Shown one piece after another: positions 28,452-39,401 of a stretch of 60,459 nt of DNA. Every line of letters starts with the position of its first letter. The first letter of the stretch is position 1. Origin of the DNA: Bacteroidia bacterium (GTDB lineage: Bacteria > Bacteroidota > Bacteroidia > SpSt-205); the NCBI GenBank assembly GCA_025057135.1, contig JANWXY010000022.1:1-60459 (forward strand), given 5' to 3'. The position numbers and the translations under genes were made by a program. The notes below the pieces were generated by a model that was not told the origin of the DNA, searched no databases, and was given only the letters and a program-made list of their open reading frames with translations.

Positions 28452-30914
28452 TTACCAACCCTCTTCGTCTCCTTGAGAAGCGCCACGGCGCCTCCAGAAG
28501 TTTTCACGCACCTTGGCTTGTTGGTATCTTATCTGTATTCCAAAAAGCCTAAATGGAATCCCCGTCTCATTTTCTTGAATGAATCCTACCCCCCTCAACT
28601 GCGTGTGCAAGCGTAGGTATTGATAGAAAGGATTATAGACTATGGCTCCGAGAGACCAGCGTCCGCCACGAAAGTTTTTTCTAACTCCCAACTCTTGAAA
28701 CATGAAAACAGGACGAGTCCCTTGAAGAGTGACACGGGCTGAGTTATAGTTGCCTGAAAGTTCAGCAATCCATGTAGGAGCAGGGCGCCACTGAATGGAA
28801 CCGCGTAAAGAGTACTGCCAGCCTTGATTGCGGAGGCTAAGTTCATCTAGATTGGCTCGTATATCTACACGCTCTACTTCTACGCTACCCTGAATAGAGA
28901 GTTTATCCGAGAAAAAACTCCGCCTAATAAAAGCATTCGCGCCCAAAAGACTGCGCTCACCAGCATTGACAAAAGTAGTATTCGTAATCCCCGACGCATC
29001 TACAAAAGTATATTCCTGGACCGCATCTCTGGTCTGACGAGCGTATAGGGTAATAAATGGGAAAAAGCCCAGTTCCAGAGAATGGGTAATCTCGGGACCG
29101 AGATTAGGCTCCCCATACTGGATATTGCGCGGGTCGGAAGCATCTACGAAGGGATTCAGCTCTTGAATCCATGGACGACGAATCCGCTGGCTGTAACTAA
29201 TCTGGAGAGGGAAAAGCCCCTTGATGCTGTAGCTGAGTAGAAGGTTAGGGAAAAGATTATAGTAGGACTGATAGAATGGCAAAGTGCCACGCAGGAAAAG
29301 CGCCGTATTGTAGGTGTATTCATAGCGGACTCCACCTTTGATAAGCCAGCGAGCTTTGCTCCAACCTAAAGAAAGGTAAGCCGCAGGAATCCACTGTGTG
29401 TAAGTTAGCGTATCCTGCCTCTGCGGTAGGAGTTCAAAAATGCCTTCGGGACGATTATACCGCTCATAGGCAAAGCCGGTACCCAAACCGCGCATATTGA
29501 GACGCAAGCCAGTTTCCAGCTTCCATCGTTCAGCGAAGGGACGAGTGTAATCTGCCTGAAACTGCCCCTCCCATGAGGGACCAGAGTTTCTACTTCTTTC
29601 TCTCAGAAAAAAGGTATCCACCCCAGCAAGCTGGTCTAAGGTGTAACGCTGCTGACGCCGTCCGTAGCCTCCCTGGATAGATAGGAATACCTCTTCTCCT
29701 GGACGCTCAGCCGAGCGATAAGTGAAGTCTAAGTTAGCATTTCCACCGATATCTCTGGAAGGAAATCGGGCTTGGCGTAAATAGCTGATACCATCAAAAG
29801 CTCCCCCTGCCCAACTTACTGTTAGATCATTTGTGCGAAGGAAAGTCATATCGCGCAGATTTACTCCCCAGCTCCAGGTGTAGAGTGCATTTCGCGCATA
29901 CTCCCCACCATAAAAGATATTCGTAGAGAAGCGCCTGGGCAAAAACTCCCCTTCCTGCTTCAGAATAACCGGTCCGAGGGAAGTTTCCTGCTCCCGATAA
30001 AATCGCGTATATCCTGTGCCCGCATATCGGTAGCGTCCCCCTACATTGATAGTATGAGACCAACGAGCCACTTTGGCTCCGATGGTAAGACTCCCATTGG
30101 CGAACTGATTAGATATACCCGCATTTCCTGAGATGGAGAGACCTTCCAGACGATTTCTTTTGAGAACGATATTCAAAATCACCGCCCCTTCGGCTTCATA
30201 CCGAGCTGAAGGATTAGTGATCAGTTCAATCCGCTCTATTTGATCCGCAGGTACAGCTCGGAGAGCATCACTCGGACTATTGGCAAAAAGAAGTGAAGGT
30301 TTGCCATCCAAATAAATGCGTACAGCTCCACTGCCCCGAACTTCTATACGCCCCTCCATATCTACATTCACAGCTGGTAGCTTGCGAAGTACATCCAGAG
30401 CATCTCCCCCTTGGAGCGTAGGGTCTTTATCAGGAGAATAGACGATTTTCTCGGGCTGATATTCAATCGCTCCGCGCTCAGATTGAATCTCAACCGTCTG
30501 CAGCTCCACCCCGACCTCTGAAATATAAAGGGTACCTAAATTTCGGTCCGGTCTGAGAGGGGTGGTTTCTACTATCCTATCCGTCGGCTTGTATCCTAAG
30601 GGATGTATCCGCAGTCTATACTTGCCTATAGGGACATCTGAGAGGGTAAAGTTTCCTTTTTCATCCGAGAGAACGCCTGCGATAAGCCTATCGCCTCGGT
30701 ATAGGCTGACGGATACATACGGCAAAGGTTCATGCGTAACGCTATCTCGGAGAGAGCCCCGGATCGTACCTCTAAGCGCAGCCTCAGAACGAGGGAATTC
30801 GCTAAAGTTTCGTCGGCCCTCCTCCCCTCTACCTTCTGGGCGAAAACCTCCGGGAGAGGGAGGCTGACTCCATGCAATCCCCACTGCCACTACCAAGATT
30901 CGCCACATCAGCAT
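28452..30914 (-). CDS. TonB-dependent/outer-membrane beta-barrel protein
   Basis: Signal peptide, CarboxypepD_reg-like domain, plug motif IERIELITNPSARYEAEG, barrel motifs SYSQRIRRP and GEPNLGPE. Confidence 0.88.
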   Translation of the reverse strand: MLMWRILVVAVGIAWSQPPSPGGFRPEGRGEEGRRNFSEFPRSEAALRGTIRGSLRDSVTHEPLPYVSVSLYRGDRLIAGVLSDEKGNFTLSDVPIGKYRLRIHPLGYKPTDRIVETTPLRPDRNLGTLYISEVGVELQTVEIQSERGAIEYQPEKIVYSPDKDPTLQGGDALDVLRKLPAVNVDMEGRIEVRGSGAVRIYLDGKPSLLFANSPSDALRAVPADQIERIELITNPSARYEAEGAVILNIVLKRNRLEGLSISGNAGISNQFANGSLTIGAKVARWSHTINVGGRYRYAGTGYTRFYREQETSLGPVILKQEGEFLPRRFSTNIFYGGEYARNALYTWSWGVNLRDMTFLRTNDLTVSWAGGAFDGISYLRQARFPSRDIGGNANLDFTYRSAERPGEEVFLSIQGGYGRRQQRYTLDQLAGVDTFFLRERSRNSGPSWEGQFQADYTRPFAERWKLETGLRLNMRGLGTGFAYERYNRPEGIFELLPQRQDTLTYTQWIPAAYLSLGWSKARWLIKGGVRYEYTYNTALFLRGTLPFYQSYYNLFPNLLLSYSIKGLFPLQISYSQRIRRPWIQELNPFVDASDPRNIQYGEPNLGPEITHSLELGFFPFITLYARQTRDAVQEYTFVDASGITNTTFVNAGERSLLGANAFIRRSFFSDKLSIQGSVEVERVDIRANLDELSLRNQGWQYSLRGSIQWRPAPTWIAELSGNYNSARVTLQGTRPVFMFQELGVRKNFRGGRWSLGAIVYNPFYQYLRLHTQLRGVGFIQENETGIPFRLFGIQIRYQQAKVRENFWRRRGASQGDEEGW

Positions 30915-30992
30915 TTTTAGGTTTAGAGCGTCCTCAGCGCTACCAAGTTTAACAGTCAGTATACAATAAAAGATAGGCTAACTTTGCCCGCC

Positions 30993-32453
30993 ATGACCGC
31001 ACAACTCACCTACAAGATAGACCCTCAGCGTCCCGTGCTGTGGCTCATTTCTCCCGACGGAGAGGCCCAGTGGCATAAGATACTCAACGATTTCGGCATA
31101 AAGCCCAGTTACTTTCCTCTCTCAGATAGGCTAAGCTTTTTCGTAAATGGAGATTACCGATGGCTACAGATTCCCCTGCCTGAAAAAGGCATAGAGTACC
31201 TACGCCGAGGCACCTACTATGCTCTGCGAAAAGCCGAAGAAGTAGGATGGAGAGATGTGCAGATATACTGGGTAGCTTCCGCAGCGGAGCAGGGAGACAA
31301 AGACGCCTATCGGGCATTAGGGGAAATGGCTCACATGAGCCTGTATCGCTTCACTAAATACGCCACAGAGGTACCCGCTTCGGTGGAACGCATATCCATA
31401 TATGCTCCAGACGAAACCGCAGGTAAAGCGGTACAGGAAGGTTTTATTATCGGCGAGTCGGTCAATATGACGCGCGACTGGGTGAATGAGCCGCCCAATG
31501 TCCTCACGGCAGAAGAGCTGGCCCGCCGAATCGCAGAAGTCGGACAACAAGTGGGTTTTTCAGTCACGATTTTGGACAAGGAGCAGATACAAGCACACAA
31601 AATGGGCGGGCTCCTCGCCGTCAATCAAGGAAGTCAGAATCCACCGACTTTCACGATTGCGGAATATCGCCCTGACAACCCCATCAATCAGCGTCCGATT
31701 GTCCTGGTGGGAAAAGGGTTGGTTTTTGATACAGGAGGGCTTAGTCTCAAGGACACGACAGACAGCATGGACTACATGAAGTGCGATATGGCAGGAGCAG
31801 CGGCAGTCATTGGAGCTCTGCGGGCAGCCGCTCTCCTTAGGTTACCCTTTCATATCGTAGCCCTCGTCCCAGCTACCGATAATCGCCCTGGGGAAAACGC
31901 CTACACGCCCAATGACATCATTTACATCTCCGATGGCACGCCCGTGGAAATCAGAAATACCGACGCCGAAGGAAGGCTAATTCTCGCAGATGCGCTCGTT
32001 TATGCTCGTCAGTACAATCCAGCATTCGTTCTGGACTTTGCCACCCTTACGGGAGCAGCGGCAATGGCAGTGGGGCGTCACGCTTCCGTCCTATTTACAA
32101 ATTCCAATCAGCCCATCAGAGACGCCCTCATAGAGGCAGGATGGCATACCTATGAGCGACTGATAGAGCTACCCTTATGGGAGGATTATGGGTATATGAT
32201 AAAAAGTGACATCGCCGCTATAAAAAACTCTGCTGGGCGAGAAGCAGGAGCCATTACCGCCGCAAAGTTTTTAGAATACTTCGTGCGATACCCATGGGCT
32301 CATATAGACATCGCCGGAACGGCTTATCTAAACAAGCCATTACCCCCAGAAAGGGGCTTCCCCCGAAGCTACCAAGTCAAATATGCTTCTGGGGTAGGTG
32401 TACGATTGACCTTGGCATTCCTCATGCGACATGGAGAACGGCTCTTCTCCTGA
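30993..32453 (+). CDS. pepA: Leucyl aminopeptidase (M17)
   Basis: VGKGLVFDTGG, MKCDMAG, NTDAEGRL, ATLTGA, WAHIDIAG. Confidence 0.92.
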   Translation: MTAQLTYKIDPQRPVLWLISPDGEAQWHKILNDFGIKPSYFPLSDRLSFFVNGDYRWLQIPLPEKGIEYLRRGTYYALRKAEEVGWRDVQIYWVASAAEQGDKDAYRALGEMAHMSLYRFTKYATEVPASVERISIYAPDETAGKAVQEGFIIGESVNMTRDWVNEPPNVLTAEELARRIAEVGQQVGFSVTILDKEQIQAHKMGGLLAVNQGSQNPPTFTIAEYRPDNPINQRPIVLVGKGLVFDTGGLSLKDTTDSMDYMKCDMAGAAAVIGALRAAALLRLPFHIVALVPATDNRPGENAYTPNDIIYISDGTPVEIRNTDAEGRLILADALVYARQYNPAFVLDFATLTGAAAMAVGRHASVLFTNSNQPIRDALIEAGWHTYERLIELPLWEDYGYMIKSDIAAIKNSAGREAGAITAAKFLEYFVRYPWAHIDIAGTAYLNKPLPPERGFPRSYQVKYASGVGVRLTLAFLMRHGERLFS

Positions 32454-33462
32454 GATATTCCGAGTAGGATTCACCGTAGGAGAAGCTGGAGGAATAGGTC
32501 CGCAGCTCCTCCTGGCCTTCTTAGAAAACGAAGACTGGAAAGAGTCGGTGATCCCGATATTTTTCGGGCACAGGCGGGTCATAGAACGATGGCGGAGTCA
32601 TCTCGGGCTGCGTTCCATGCGCTACCATATAGTTCGCCTCCCTTCTGAAGCCAAGCCTGGACAGCTTAACTTGATTGAATGTGGAGAGCTCGGGGATTTT
32701 CGGATCGGCAAACCGTCCCATGAGTCGGGACTTTTAGCTCGCCAGGCACTTAGTCATGCTACCACTGCTGCAAATGCAGGCGAAATAGACCTGCTTGTTA
32801 CCCTACCTGCTGACAAACACACTCTCTATGAGTCAGCCTCTTTTCCATATAGAGGGCATACGGAATACTTCCGAGCTCAGTATCCCCAGGCGAATCCAAT
32901 GATGATGATGATCAGTGACGGATTAAAAGTAGCCTTAGCTACGGAGCATATCCCGTTGCGAGATGTCCCAAGTGCTCTATCTGAAGAACTCTTGAAGACA
33001 GCTATAAGGACTCTCCACCTTAGCTTGCGTCAAGACTTCGCTATACAAGCACCGCGTATTGCTGTACTGGCACTCAATCCCCACGCTGGCGATGATGGGC
33101 TGATTGGTGATGAAGAAAAGCGCCTCTTAGCCCCAATCATTTCAGCTTTTTGGGAGGAAGGTATCTATGTTGGAGGACCATTTTCTGCCGATGGATTTTT
33201 CGGAAGTCGGAAATACCTGCAGACTGATGCGGTTGTAGCAATATATCACGACCAGGGCTTGATTCCTTTCAAGCTTCTCGCAGGATGGGATGGGTATCAG
33301 TACTCAGCAGGGTTACCTTTTGTGCGCACCTCCCCAGACCACGGTACAGCCTATGATATAGCGGGGAAAGAAGAGGCAGACCTTCGCAGTCTCTCAGCCG
33401 CTGTATGGGAAGGGATCGGTATTGTGCGCAGAAGACGGGCATTCAAAGAGGCTCATGCCTAA
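32431..33462 (+). CDS. pdxA: 4-hydroxythreonine-4-phosphate dehydrogenase
   Basis: GHTE, HIPL, LNPHAGD, YHDQGL, GLPFVRTSPDHGTA. Confidence 0.9.
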   Translation: MENGSSPEIFRVGFTVGEAGGIGPQLLLAFLENEDWKESVIPIFFGHRRVIERWRSHLGLRSMRYHIVRLPSEAKPGQLNLIECGELGDFRIGKPSHESGLLARQALSHATTAANAGEIDLLVTLPADKHTLYESASFPYRGHTEYFRAQYPQANPMMMMISDGLKVALATEHIPLRDVPSALSEELLKTAIRTLHLSLRQDFAIQAPRIAVLALNPHAGDDGLIGDEEKRLLAPIISAFWEEGIYVGGPFSADGFFGSRKYLQTDAVVAIYHDQGLIPFKLLAGWDGYQYSAGLPFVRTSPDHGTAYDIAGKEEADLRSLSAAVWEGIGIVRRRRAFKEAHA

Positions 33463-34330
33463 CCTCCTCTGGCTCTTATCTGCCGCCCCCTCCACACACT
33501 ATGAAATCCTCGGCGATGTATTAGAAGAGCTCGTCCGAGCCATCTCCGAAGAGGTATCCATTTGGGGTATAAGCTGGAATACAAAGCTCCCAGGCCGAAG
33601 CTATGAAATGCATATATGGAATGGTCGCGGACGCTTAGTAGGCTTCCAAGGCAACTGGTCTATCTCTCAAATCACTGAGAAAGTAGAGCATATCTGGAAG
33701 CTGGAAGGGTTTCAGCCCGATACGATTCTACATAGCCAGAGTTCATGGGGTAAAAAGCTGACTCGCCGGTGGAGTCGCCGTTTCTCTGCGAAGGTCATAC
33801 CAGGATTCCCTTTTGCTACGACTCCTCCTCTGTATCTGGCAGGCGGATACAGTCAAGACTTTCTTTTCTCCTCTGACCCGTCGGTAGTCAGCCTTTTCGT
33901 TCAAAGGGAAGGAGCACAAGAAGCAGCTTTCTTAGCTGACCTACTCGCCCTCGAGAAATACCAAGTGATCATCGTCGGTACGCCCAAGGAAGCTACACCC
34001 TTGCGTTCAGTAGAGGCGCGCTTTCCTTCTCGCGTATATCTAAGGCTTAGTTCCTCCTGGATGGATACTGCTCTGTATCTAATGCGCAGTGAAGCTGTGA
34101 TAGCGGTAGGAAAGCCTTTCGGCGAAGAGATTCTGATTCAAGTGGGACGCCCGTGGATCGCACCAGCTGAACATCCTCTGTCTGCCCATGCTCATGCCAC
34201 TTATGACCAAATAGAGAGCATACCAGCTCTACTCCGAGGAGCGCTTTCTCGTCCCGCTGCCTTGACGATTGAAGAGTTTATGCAGAGGCTGAGGGGGCTG
34301 ATTGGATGGGCGAAGGAGAGGGATTTGTAG
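33455..34330 (+). CDS. Hypothetical protein, possibly a divergent GT-B (GT4-like) glycosyltransferase fold
   Basis: ATG overlaps the pdxA stop. C-terminal YLMRSEAVI...PFG...VGRPWIA weakly resembles the GT4 donor-binding region. Confidence 0.5.
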   Translation: MPNLLWLLSAAPSTHYEILGDVLEELVRAISEEVSIWGISWNTKLPGRSYEMHIWNGRGRLVGFQGNWSISQITEKVEHIWKLEGFQPDTILHSQSSWGKKLTRRWSRRFSAKVIPGFPFATTPPLYLAGGYSQDFLFSSDPSVVSLFVQREGAQEAAFLADLLALEKYQVIIVGTPKEATPLRSVEARFPSRVYLRLSSSWMDTALYLMRSEAVIAVGKPFGEEILIQVGRPWIAPAEHPLSAHAHATYDQIESIPALLRGALSRPAALTIEEFMQRLRGLIGWAKERDL

Positions 34331-35084
34331 AGGGGGCCTGACAAATAGCATATCTCCGATGAGGATATATCTTCCACTGCGCTAATACATGTTGAATCGT
34401 GACTCTGAGCACGCCCATCCCATATTTGACGCTACGATGAAAATTGATAGATGAAGCCTCCGGAAAATATCGGGTCGGACAAGACACTTCACCAATCCGA
34501 AAGCCAGCATAAATCACCTGCGACAGAAATTCGTTATCAAAAATATAGTCATCGCTATTGAGCTGCCACCTTAGAGACTCCAGCACATGGCGGCTATACG
34601 CTCTGTACCCTGTGTGGTATTCGGATAGCTTGGCTCCTAAGAAGAAATTCTGAAAAGCAGTCAAGAAGCGATTAGCGATGTATTTGTAAAGAGGCATGCC
34701 ACCCTTTAGAGCGCCCCCACCCAAAATCCGAGAGCCCAAAACCACATCATACAACCCAGAGGCAATCATATAAGCCATCACAGGCAGAAGCTTGGGGGTG
34801 TATTGATAATCTGGATGAAGCATGATAACAATGTCAGCACCAATCCTCAAGGCGTAGTCGTAGCATGTTTTCTGATTCCCACCGTAGCCCTTGTTTCGCT
34901 CATGAACCACTATGTGCCGTATGCCAAGCTTGTGTGCCAGCTCCACTGTCCGGTCTGAGCTCGCATCGTCTACGAGGACTATCTCATCTATGATGGATTG
35001 GTCAATCTCCCCCAAAGTACGAGCGAGTGTAGCCTCAGCATTATAGGCAGGGAGGACGACGACGACTTTTTTTCCTTCTATCAC
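34278..35084 (-). CDS. Glycosyltransferase family 2 (DPM1-like)
   Basis: VVLPAYN, VDDASSD, NKGYGG, HPDYQY, VLGSR. Confidence 0.92.
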   Translation of the reverse strand: MIEGKKVVVVLPAYNAEATLARTLGEIDQSIIDEIVLVDDASSDRTVELAHKLGIRHIVVHERNKGYGGNQKTCYDYALRIGADIVIMLHPDYQYTPKLLPVMAYMIASGLYDVVLGSRILGGGALKGGMPLYKYIANRFLTAFQNFFLGAKLSEYHTGYRAYSRHVLESLRWQLNSDDYIFDNEFLSQVIYAGFRIGEVSCPTRYFPEASSINFHRSVKYGMGVLRVTIQHVLAQWKIYPHRRYAICQAPSTNPSPSPIQSAPSASA

Positions 35085-35087
35085 TCC

Positions 35088-36641
35088 CTACACTTCAAAA
35101 CGAATGCCCTGAGCCAAAGGCAAATCAGTACCATAGTTGATAGTTACCGTCTGCCGGCGCATATAGGCTTTCCAAGCGTCAGAACCAGCCTCACGACCAC
35201 CACCCGTCTCCTTCTCTCCACCGAAAGCGCCACCGATCTCTGCACCAGAAGGACCTATATTCACATTGGCGATGCCGCAATCTGAGCCCCTTGGACTGAG
35301 GAAAAGCTCTGCCTCTCTCAGATTCTCTGTGAAAATACTGGATGAAAGGCCCTGAGGCACGCCATTCTGCATGGCAATAGCCTCTTCTATGTCTCTATAT
35401 TTGAGAATATAAAGTATAGGAGCAAAAGTCTCCCGCTGAACCACAGGCCAACGATTATCGGCCGAGACAATCGCCGGACGAACATAGCATCCGCTCTCAT
35501 AACCAGGACCTGACAAAACCTCCCCTCCAAACAGTACCTTACCTCCCATCTCCTGTACTTCTTTCAAAGCTTGCTGCATGGCTTCCACCGCATCTTTATC
35601 AATCAGAGGCCCTATTAGCGTATCTGGACGGAGAGGATTACCGATACGAGCGGAAGCTTGCTCATACACCTTGAGTAATCGCCCGAGGAAATCTTCATAT
35701 ATAGATTCGTGGAGGATAAGGCGCCGTAATGTAGTACAGCGTTGCCCGGAAGTACCTAAGGCGGCGAAAGTCACCGCCCTCAGCGCCAAATCTAAGTTTG
35801 CATGAGGAGAAACAATAACAGCATTATTTCCGCCCAACTCTAATAGGCTACGCCCGAGACGCTTAGCCACCTGCTGAGCCACGGAGCGCCCCATTCGGAT
35901 AGAACCTGTGGCAGAGATAAGCGGAAGGCGTCCATCACTCGCCATTTGCTGGCCCAAAGTAGCATCACCAATGACGATATTGAATACTCCTTCCGGGGTA
36001 TCCGTTTCTTCCATGGCTTCACGCAGCAGAGAGAAAATGGCTAAGGCAGAGAGGGGAGCTTTCTCACTGGGTTTCCACACAGTGGTATCTCCGCATACAG
36101 CCGCTATGACAGCATTCCATGCCCAGACAGCGACGGGAAAGTTGAAACTGGTGATTATGCCCACCACGCCGAGAGGATGCCACTGCTCAAACATCCGATG
36201 ATTCGGGCGTTCAGAGGCAATCGTCAAACCATACAACTGCCTTGACAATCCCACGCCAAAGTCACACATATCTACTACTTCCTGCACCTCTCCTAAGGCT
36301 TCTTGAAAGGTTTTGCCCATTTCATAGGCGATTATACGGGCAAGGGGAGCTTTGGCTTTACGCACTTTTTCGCCAAAAGCTTTGATAACTTCCCCACGCT
36401 TAGGAGCAGGGACAGTACGCCAGATGAGAAAGGCTTTTTCAGCTTCTTGGATAACCCTTTCGTACGTGGATGGCGCTGTCCAGTACACCACGGGTAAAGG
36501 CTCTCCATCCACAGGAGAAAGATTCACATGAGGAGTAGTGTCATCTGCCAGAATCTCCCGCCCAGTAGAGGCGCCATAGTTTTGATGAGATAGCCCGAAA
36601 AGAGCCCATTCTGGGCGGATTTCCACCTCAGTCATTGACAT
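35088..36641 (-). CDS. Aldehyde dehydrogenase, ALDH7/piperideine-6-carboxylate dehydrogenase family
   Basis: FNFPVAVW, LELGGNN, GQRCT, ETFAP, GSDCGIANVN, GGEKETGGGRE. Start at ATG 36641. Confidence 0.9.
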   Translation of the reverse strand: MSMTEVEIRPEWALFGLSHQNYGASTGREILADDTTPHVNLSPVDGEPLPVVYWTAPSTYERVIQEAEKAFLIWRTVPAPKRGEVIKAFGEKVRKAKAPLARIIAYEMGKTFQEALGEVQEVVDMCDFGVGLSRQLYGLTIASERPNHRMFEQWHPLGVVGIITSFNFPVAVWAWNAVIAAVCGDTTVWKPSEKAPLSALAIFSLLREAMEETDTPEGVFNIVIGDATLGQQMASDGRLPLISATGSIRMGRSVAQQVAKRLGRSLLELGGNNAVIVSPHANLDLALRAVTFAALGTSGQRCTTLRRLILHESIYEDFLGRLLKVYEQASARIGNPLRPDTLIGPLIDKDAVEAMQQALKEVQEMGGKVLFGGEVLSGPGYESGCYVRPAIVSADNRWPVVQRETFAPILYILKYRDIEEAIAMQNGVPQGLSSSIFTENLREAELFLSPRGSDCGIANVNIGPSGAEIGGAFGGEKETGGGREAGSDAWKAYMRRQTVTINYGTDLPLAQGIRFEV

Positions 36642-36656
36642 TGCCACAAAGGTATA

Positions 36657-37523
36657 TCAAATCCCAGACTGCACATGCTCTATGTACATGCGCCAAGCCT
36701 CCTCTGCCTTATCGGGCAGAAGGGACTGCATTTTCCGATGCAAAGCTTCGGGGTCTGAAGGCTCAGGAAGGGAAGCCAATCGCTCCGCGTCGGGTGGTCT
36801 GAATGCCAAGAGATGCCCTATTTCGGCGGCGGAAAGGACTTTACTTTCCCGAATATCTCGGGGAAGCTCATGCCATGCCATCACCTCAGCTGGATTGCGC
36901 GGCTGCTTCATCCAAAATAGGGACTCAGGTACGAGACGCATATACCAGAAACCGCCCAGACGAGCAATGACATCCATCTTACGAGGATCAGGATGCCCTT
37001 TGTCATTCAGAATGTGCTCAGCTAAATGCAGCCGAACTATCTCGACCAAAATAAGCTGCCCCGCTCCGGGATTATCTCCGAGAGAAATGATCTGGCGAAG
37101 TTTTGCTTCCATTTGGACAGGTGTACCCACAATCCGAGGCGGACGCACCACCTCCGATGGTATCGTATCTAAGCCGGCCCGTTCAATCTCATCAATACCC
37201 CGTTCGTATTCGCCCGTGGTGATATTCATCCGGGCAGCCAAAGCGTAGGGCACCAAATGAATGACACACTCGGGCACTTCCAAAAGGTTCTGATGGGTAT
37301 CCTTAGGCTTACCGGTGCGTGCGCTGGTGCTTGGCGAAAAGGCGGCGACCGGGGGTTTGCTGCTAAAGACGTTGAAATAACTGAACGGAGCGAGATTGGG
37401 GCGCCCACTTTGATCTACCGTAGTTACCCATGCGATAGGACGAGGTACGACACTCCCTATCATGTACGGGTGCCACTCTGGCAGAGGAAAATCAGCCGGA
37501 TTGAGACTGCGGTAGATGGTCAT
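36657..37523 (-). CDS. Flavin reductase-like FMN-binding protein
   Basis: VVPRPIAWV, NLAPFSYFN, KDT..N, RLGG. ATG 37523 overlaps the upstream stop. Confidence 0.85.
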   Translation of the reverse strand: MTIYRSLNPADFPLPEWHPYMIGSVVPRPIAWVTTVDQSGRPNLAPFSYFNVFSSKPPVAAFSPSTSARTGKPKDTHQNLLEVPECVIHLVPYALAARMNITTGEYERGIDEIERAGLDTIPSEVVRPPRIVGTPVQMEAKLRQIISLGDNPGAGQLILVEIVRLHLAEHILNDKGHPDPRKMDVIARLGGFWYMRLVPESLFWMKQPRNPAEVMAWHELPRDIRESKVLSAAEIGHLLAFRPPDAERLASLPEPSDPEALHRKMQSLLPDKAEEAWRMYIEHVQSGI

Positions 37524-38731
37524 ATGATCTGGAGGCGCAAAGTTATGACTCTCTTCTGCGTGGCAGACAACACTTCCCAACGAAAACCATAAGCCTCCCA
37601 TACAGTACCCTTCGGCGGAATGTAGCCCAGAGAATGAAGTGCTAATCCGCCCAGGGTTACTGCGAGCTCTGTGGGCAAGCCGAGAGCATATTTTTCGTTC
37701 AGATAATCAATCTCCAGAGAAGCGTCCAACTCATAGACCCCGGGGGCTGGGGAACGCTCTAAATACTTAGGCTGCTCTTCGTGTTCATCTTGGATTTCCC
37801 CGAAAACTTCCTCTACGAGGTCTTCAGTTGTCACGATGCCCGCCATGCCTCCCCGAGCATCTACGACGACAGCGAGAGCACCTTTTTCTCGCACAAGCTG
37901 CTCTAAGAGACGAGTCGCAGGCATGCTCTCAGGTACGAAGCTGACTGGCTCTATGAGTTCTCGGATGGATTTAGCCCGTCGTGTGAGAGAGCGGATGTAT
38001 ATGTAACCTTTGATGTGATCCAAGTCTCCCTCATACACCAGCACCCGCGAGCGTTCAGAGCTTATGAAAGTCTGACGGAGCTCCTCCAACGAGGCATCTT
38101 GACTGATAGCCACCACATGTGGTCGCGGCACCATAAACTCCCGAACTGGCGTCTCATTTAGAGCGAGAGCTTTGGTCAAAACCGCTTGCAAATGAGGTTC
38201 TGGGGTCTCTACAAAGTGTGATAGGTTCTCTCTGGAAAGCGGCTTTTGAAGTACTTTCTCTCGCAGTTGAAAAGCTGCATACATACCCCTTGTCAATAAA
38301 TACACGATTTCCACCAAGGGGAATAAGAGCGCATACGCAAGCGCTGTAAAGGGCACCACGGCTGGCAGTAGGGCCGATTGCCAGCGGCGAAAGAATACCT
38401 TAGGAAGATACTCTCCGACAATCAGCAAAATGAGCGTTCCTATTATCGTTTCAACCCAAAAAGAAACTTGGGGATTCCACCGTCCCACGGGAATGAGTAA
38501 AGCACTCATTGCCGCAGAAAACCCAACTAAGGCAAGATTATTGGCTATTAGGAGAGTAATGAGAAGGCGGCGAGGATATTTCAGAAAAAACTGTACGATT
38601 CTCCAGCGCCGAGGATACCGAAGGCGCCACATTTCCCAGTAGAGGGGGTTTGCGCTGATCCACGCCATTTCCCCCCCAGATGCCCACCCGCTTAGTAGCA
38701 GAGCCAAAATACCAAGAAGCGCCCAGCTCAT
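37520..38731 (-). CDS. Hemolysin/CNNM-CBS-CorC family membrane protein
   Basis: N-terminal TM region with GEYLPK, CBS pair (MVPR, EDLVEEVFGEIQDE), CorC_HlyC tail. Confidence 0.88.
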   Translation of the reverse strand: MSWALLGILALLLSGWASGGEMAWISANPLYWEMWRLRYPRRWRIVQFFLKYPRRLLITLLIANNLALVGFSAAMSALLIPVGRWNPQVSFWVETIIGTLILLIVGEYLPKVFFRRWQSALLPAVVPFTALAYALLFPLVEIVYLLTRGMYAAFQLREKVLQKPLSRENLSHFVETPEPHLQAVLTKALALNETPVREFMVPRPHVVAISQDASLEELRQTFISSERSRVLVYEGDLDHIKGYIYIRSLTRRAKSIRELIEPVSFVPESMPATRLLEQLVREKGALAVVVDARGGMAGIVTTEDLVEEVFGEIQDEHEEQPKYLERSPAPGVYELDASLEIDYLNEKYALGLPTELAVTLGGLALHSLGYIPPKGTVWEAYGFRWEVLSATQKRVITLRLQII

Positions 38732-39288
38732 TGGACAGGTGATTGGATGGTGCCTCGCATGCGACGCAGTCGGTAGGTGCGCTCTTTTACATTGTATTCC
38801 AGGCCTTCACCCCGCAAAACTTCCTTAGACGTCTCCAAACGAACCCAACCTTCGGCTCTCATGAGGTTTTTTCCTTGCTCCCATCTCAAATAGTCCGTCT
38901 CTAACCGCAGCGGGTCCGATGTATGCAAGACGACATTTCTCTCTGCCACATATACCTCTTGCTCAGGATACGCACGAGCCAGCTCACTATGAAGGGTCTC
39001 CAACGTTTCCTTGCGTCCGTTCATATGAAGCGCATACACATCTCCCCGCAGAACCCAATGAGCTGTATCACCACTTTTGACCCTCATGACCTGCTTGGCA
39101 GATACATATATTCGTTCGCCAGTGGAGTCCATCCATTCAAGGGTATATCCACGAGCCTCATATGGGGATATAGCTTGCCTTTGAGCTATCCACTCCGGAG
39201 AACGCTGGATATTTTTTTGGGGGGATCGGCAAGCCATGCCCATTGCTGCGAAAAGGCAAATAATACTTATCCGGCCAACTATACCCAT
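38728..39288 (-). CDS. LPS export protein LptC-like
   Basis: Beta-jellyroll pattern (RLETDYLRW, VRLET...LRGEGLEYN); coupled to the hemolysin-family gene. Start MGIVG at 39288. Confidence 0.65.
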   Translation of the reverse strand: MGIVGRISIICLFAAMGMACRSPQKNIQRSPEWIAQRQAISPYEARGYTLEWMDSTGERIYVSAKQVMRVKSGDTAHWVLRGDVYALHMNGRKETLETLHSELARAYPEQEVYVAERNVVLHTSDPLRLETDYLRWEQGKNLMRAEGWVRLETSKEVLRGEGLEYNVKERTYRLRRMRGTIQSPVQ

Positions 39289-39401
39289 GCTGAGGTACCC
39301 CCTATGAGAGTACTGGTCAAACCCTTCGGAACGAATGGACACGATCTGGCTGCCTGCGGTTTGCAATAGAGCAGCTCATCGCATAAAAGGTTTAGGCACA
39401 C

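Noticed and set aside
36682-37248. 188-aa antisense ORF
   Set aside because: Shadow of the flavin reductase gene; Ser/Arg-rich with no domain.
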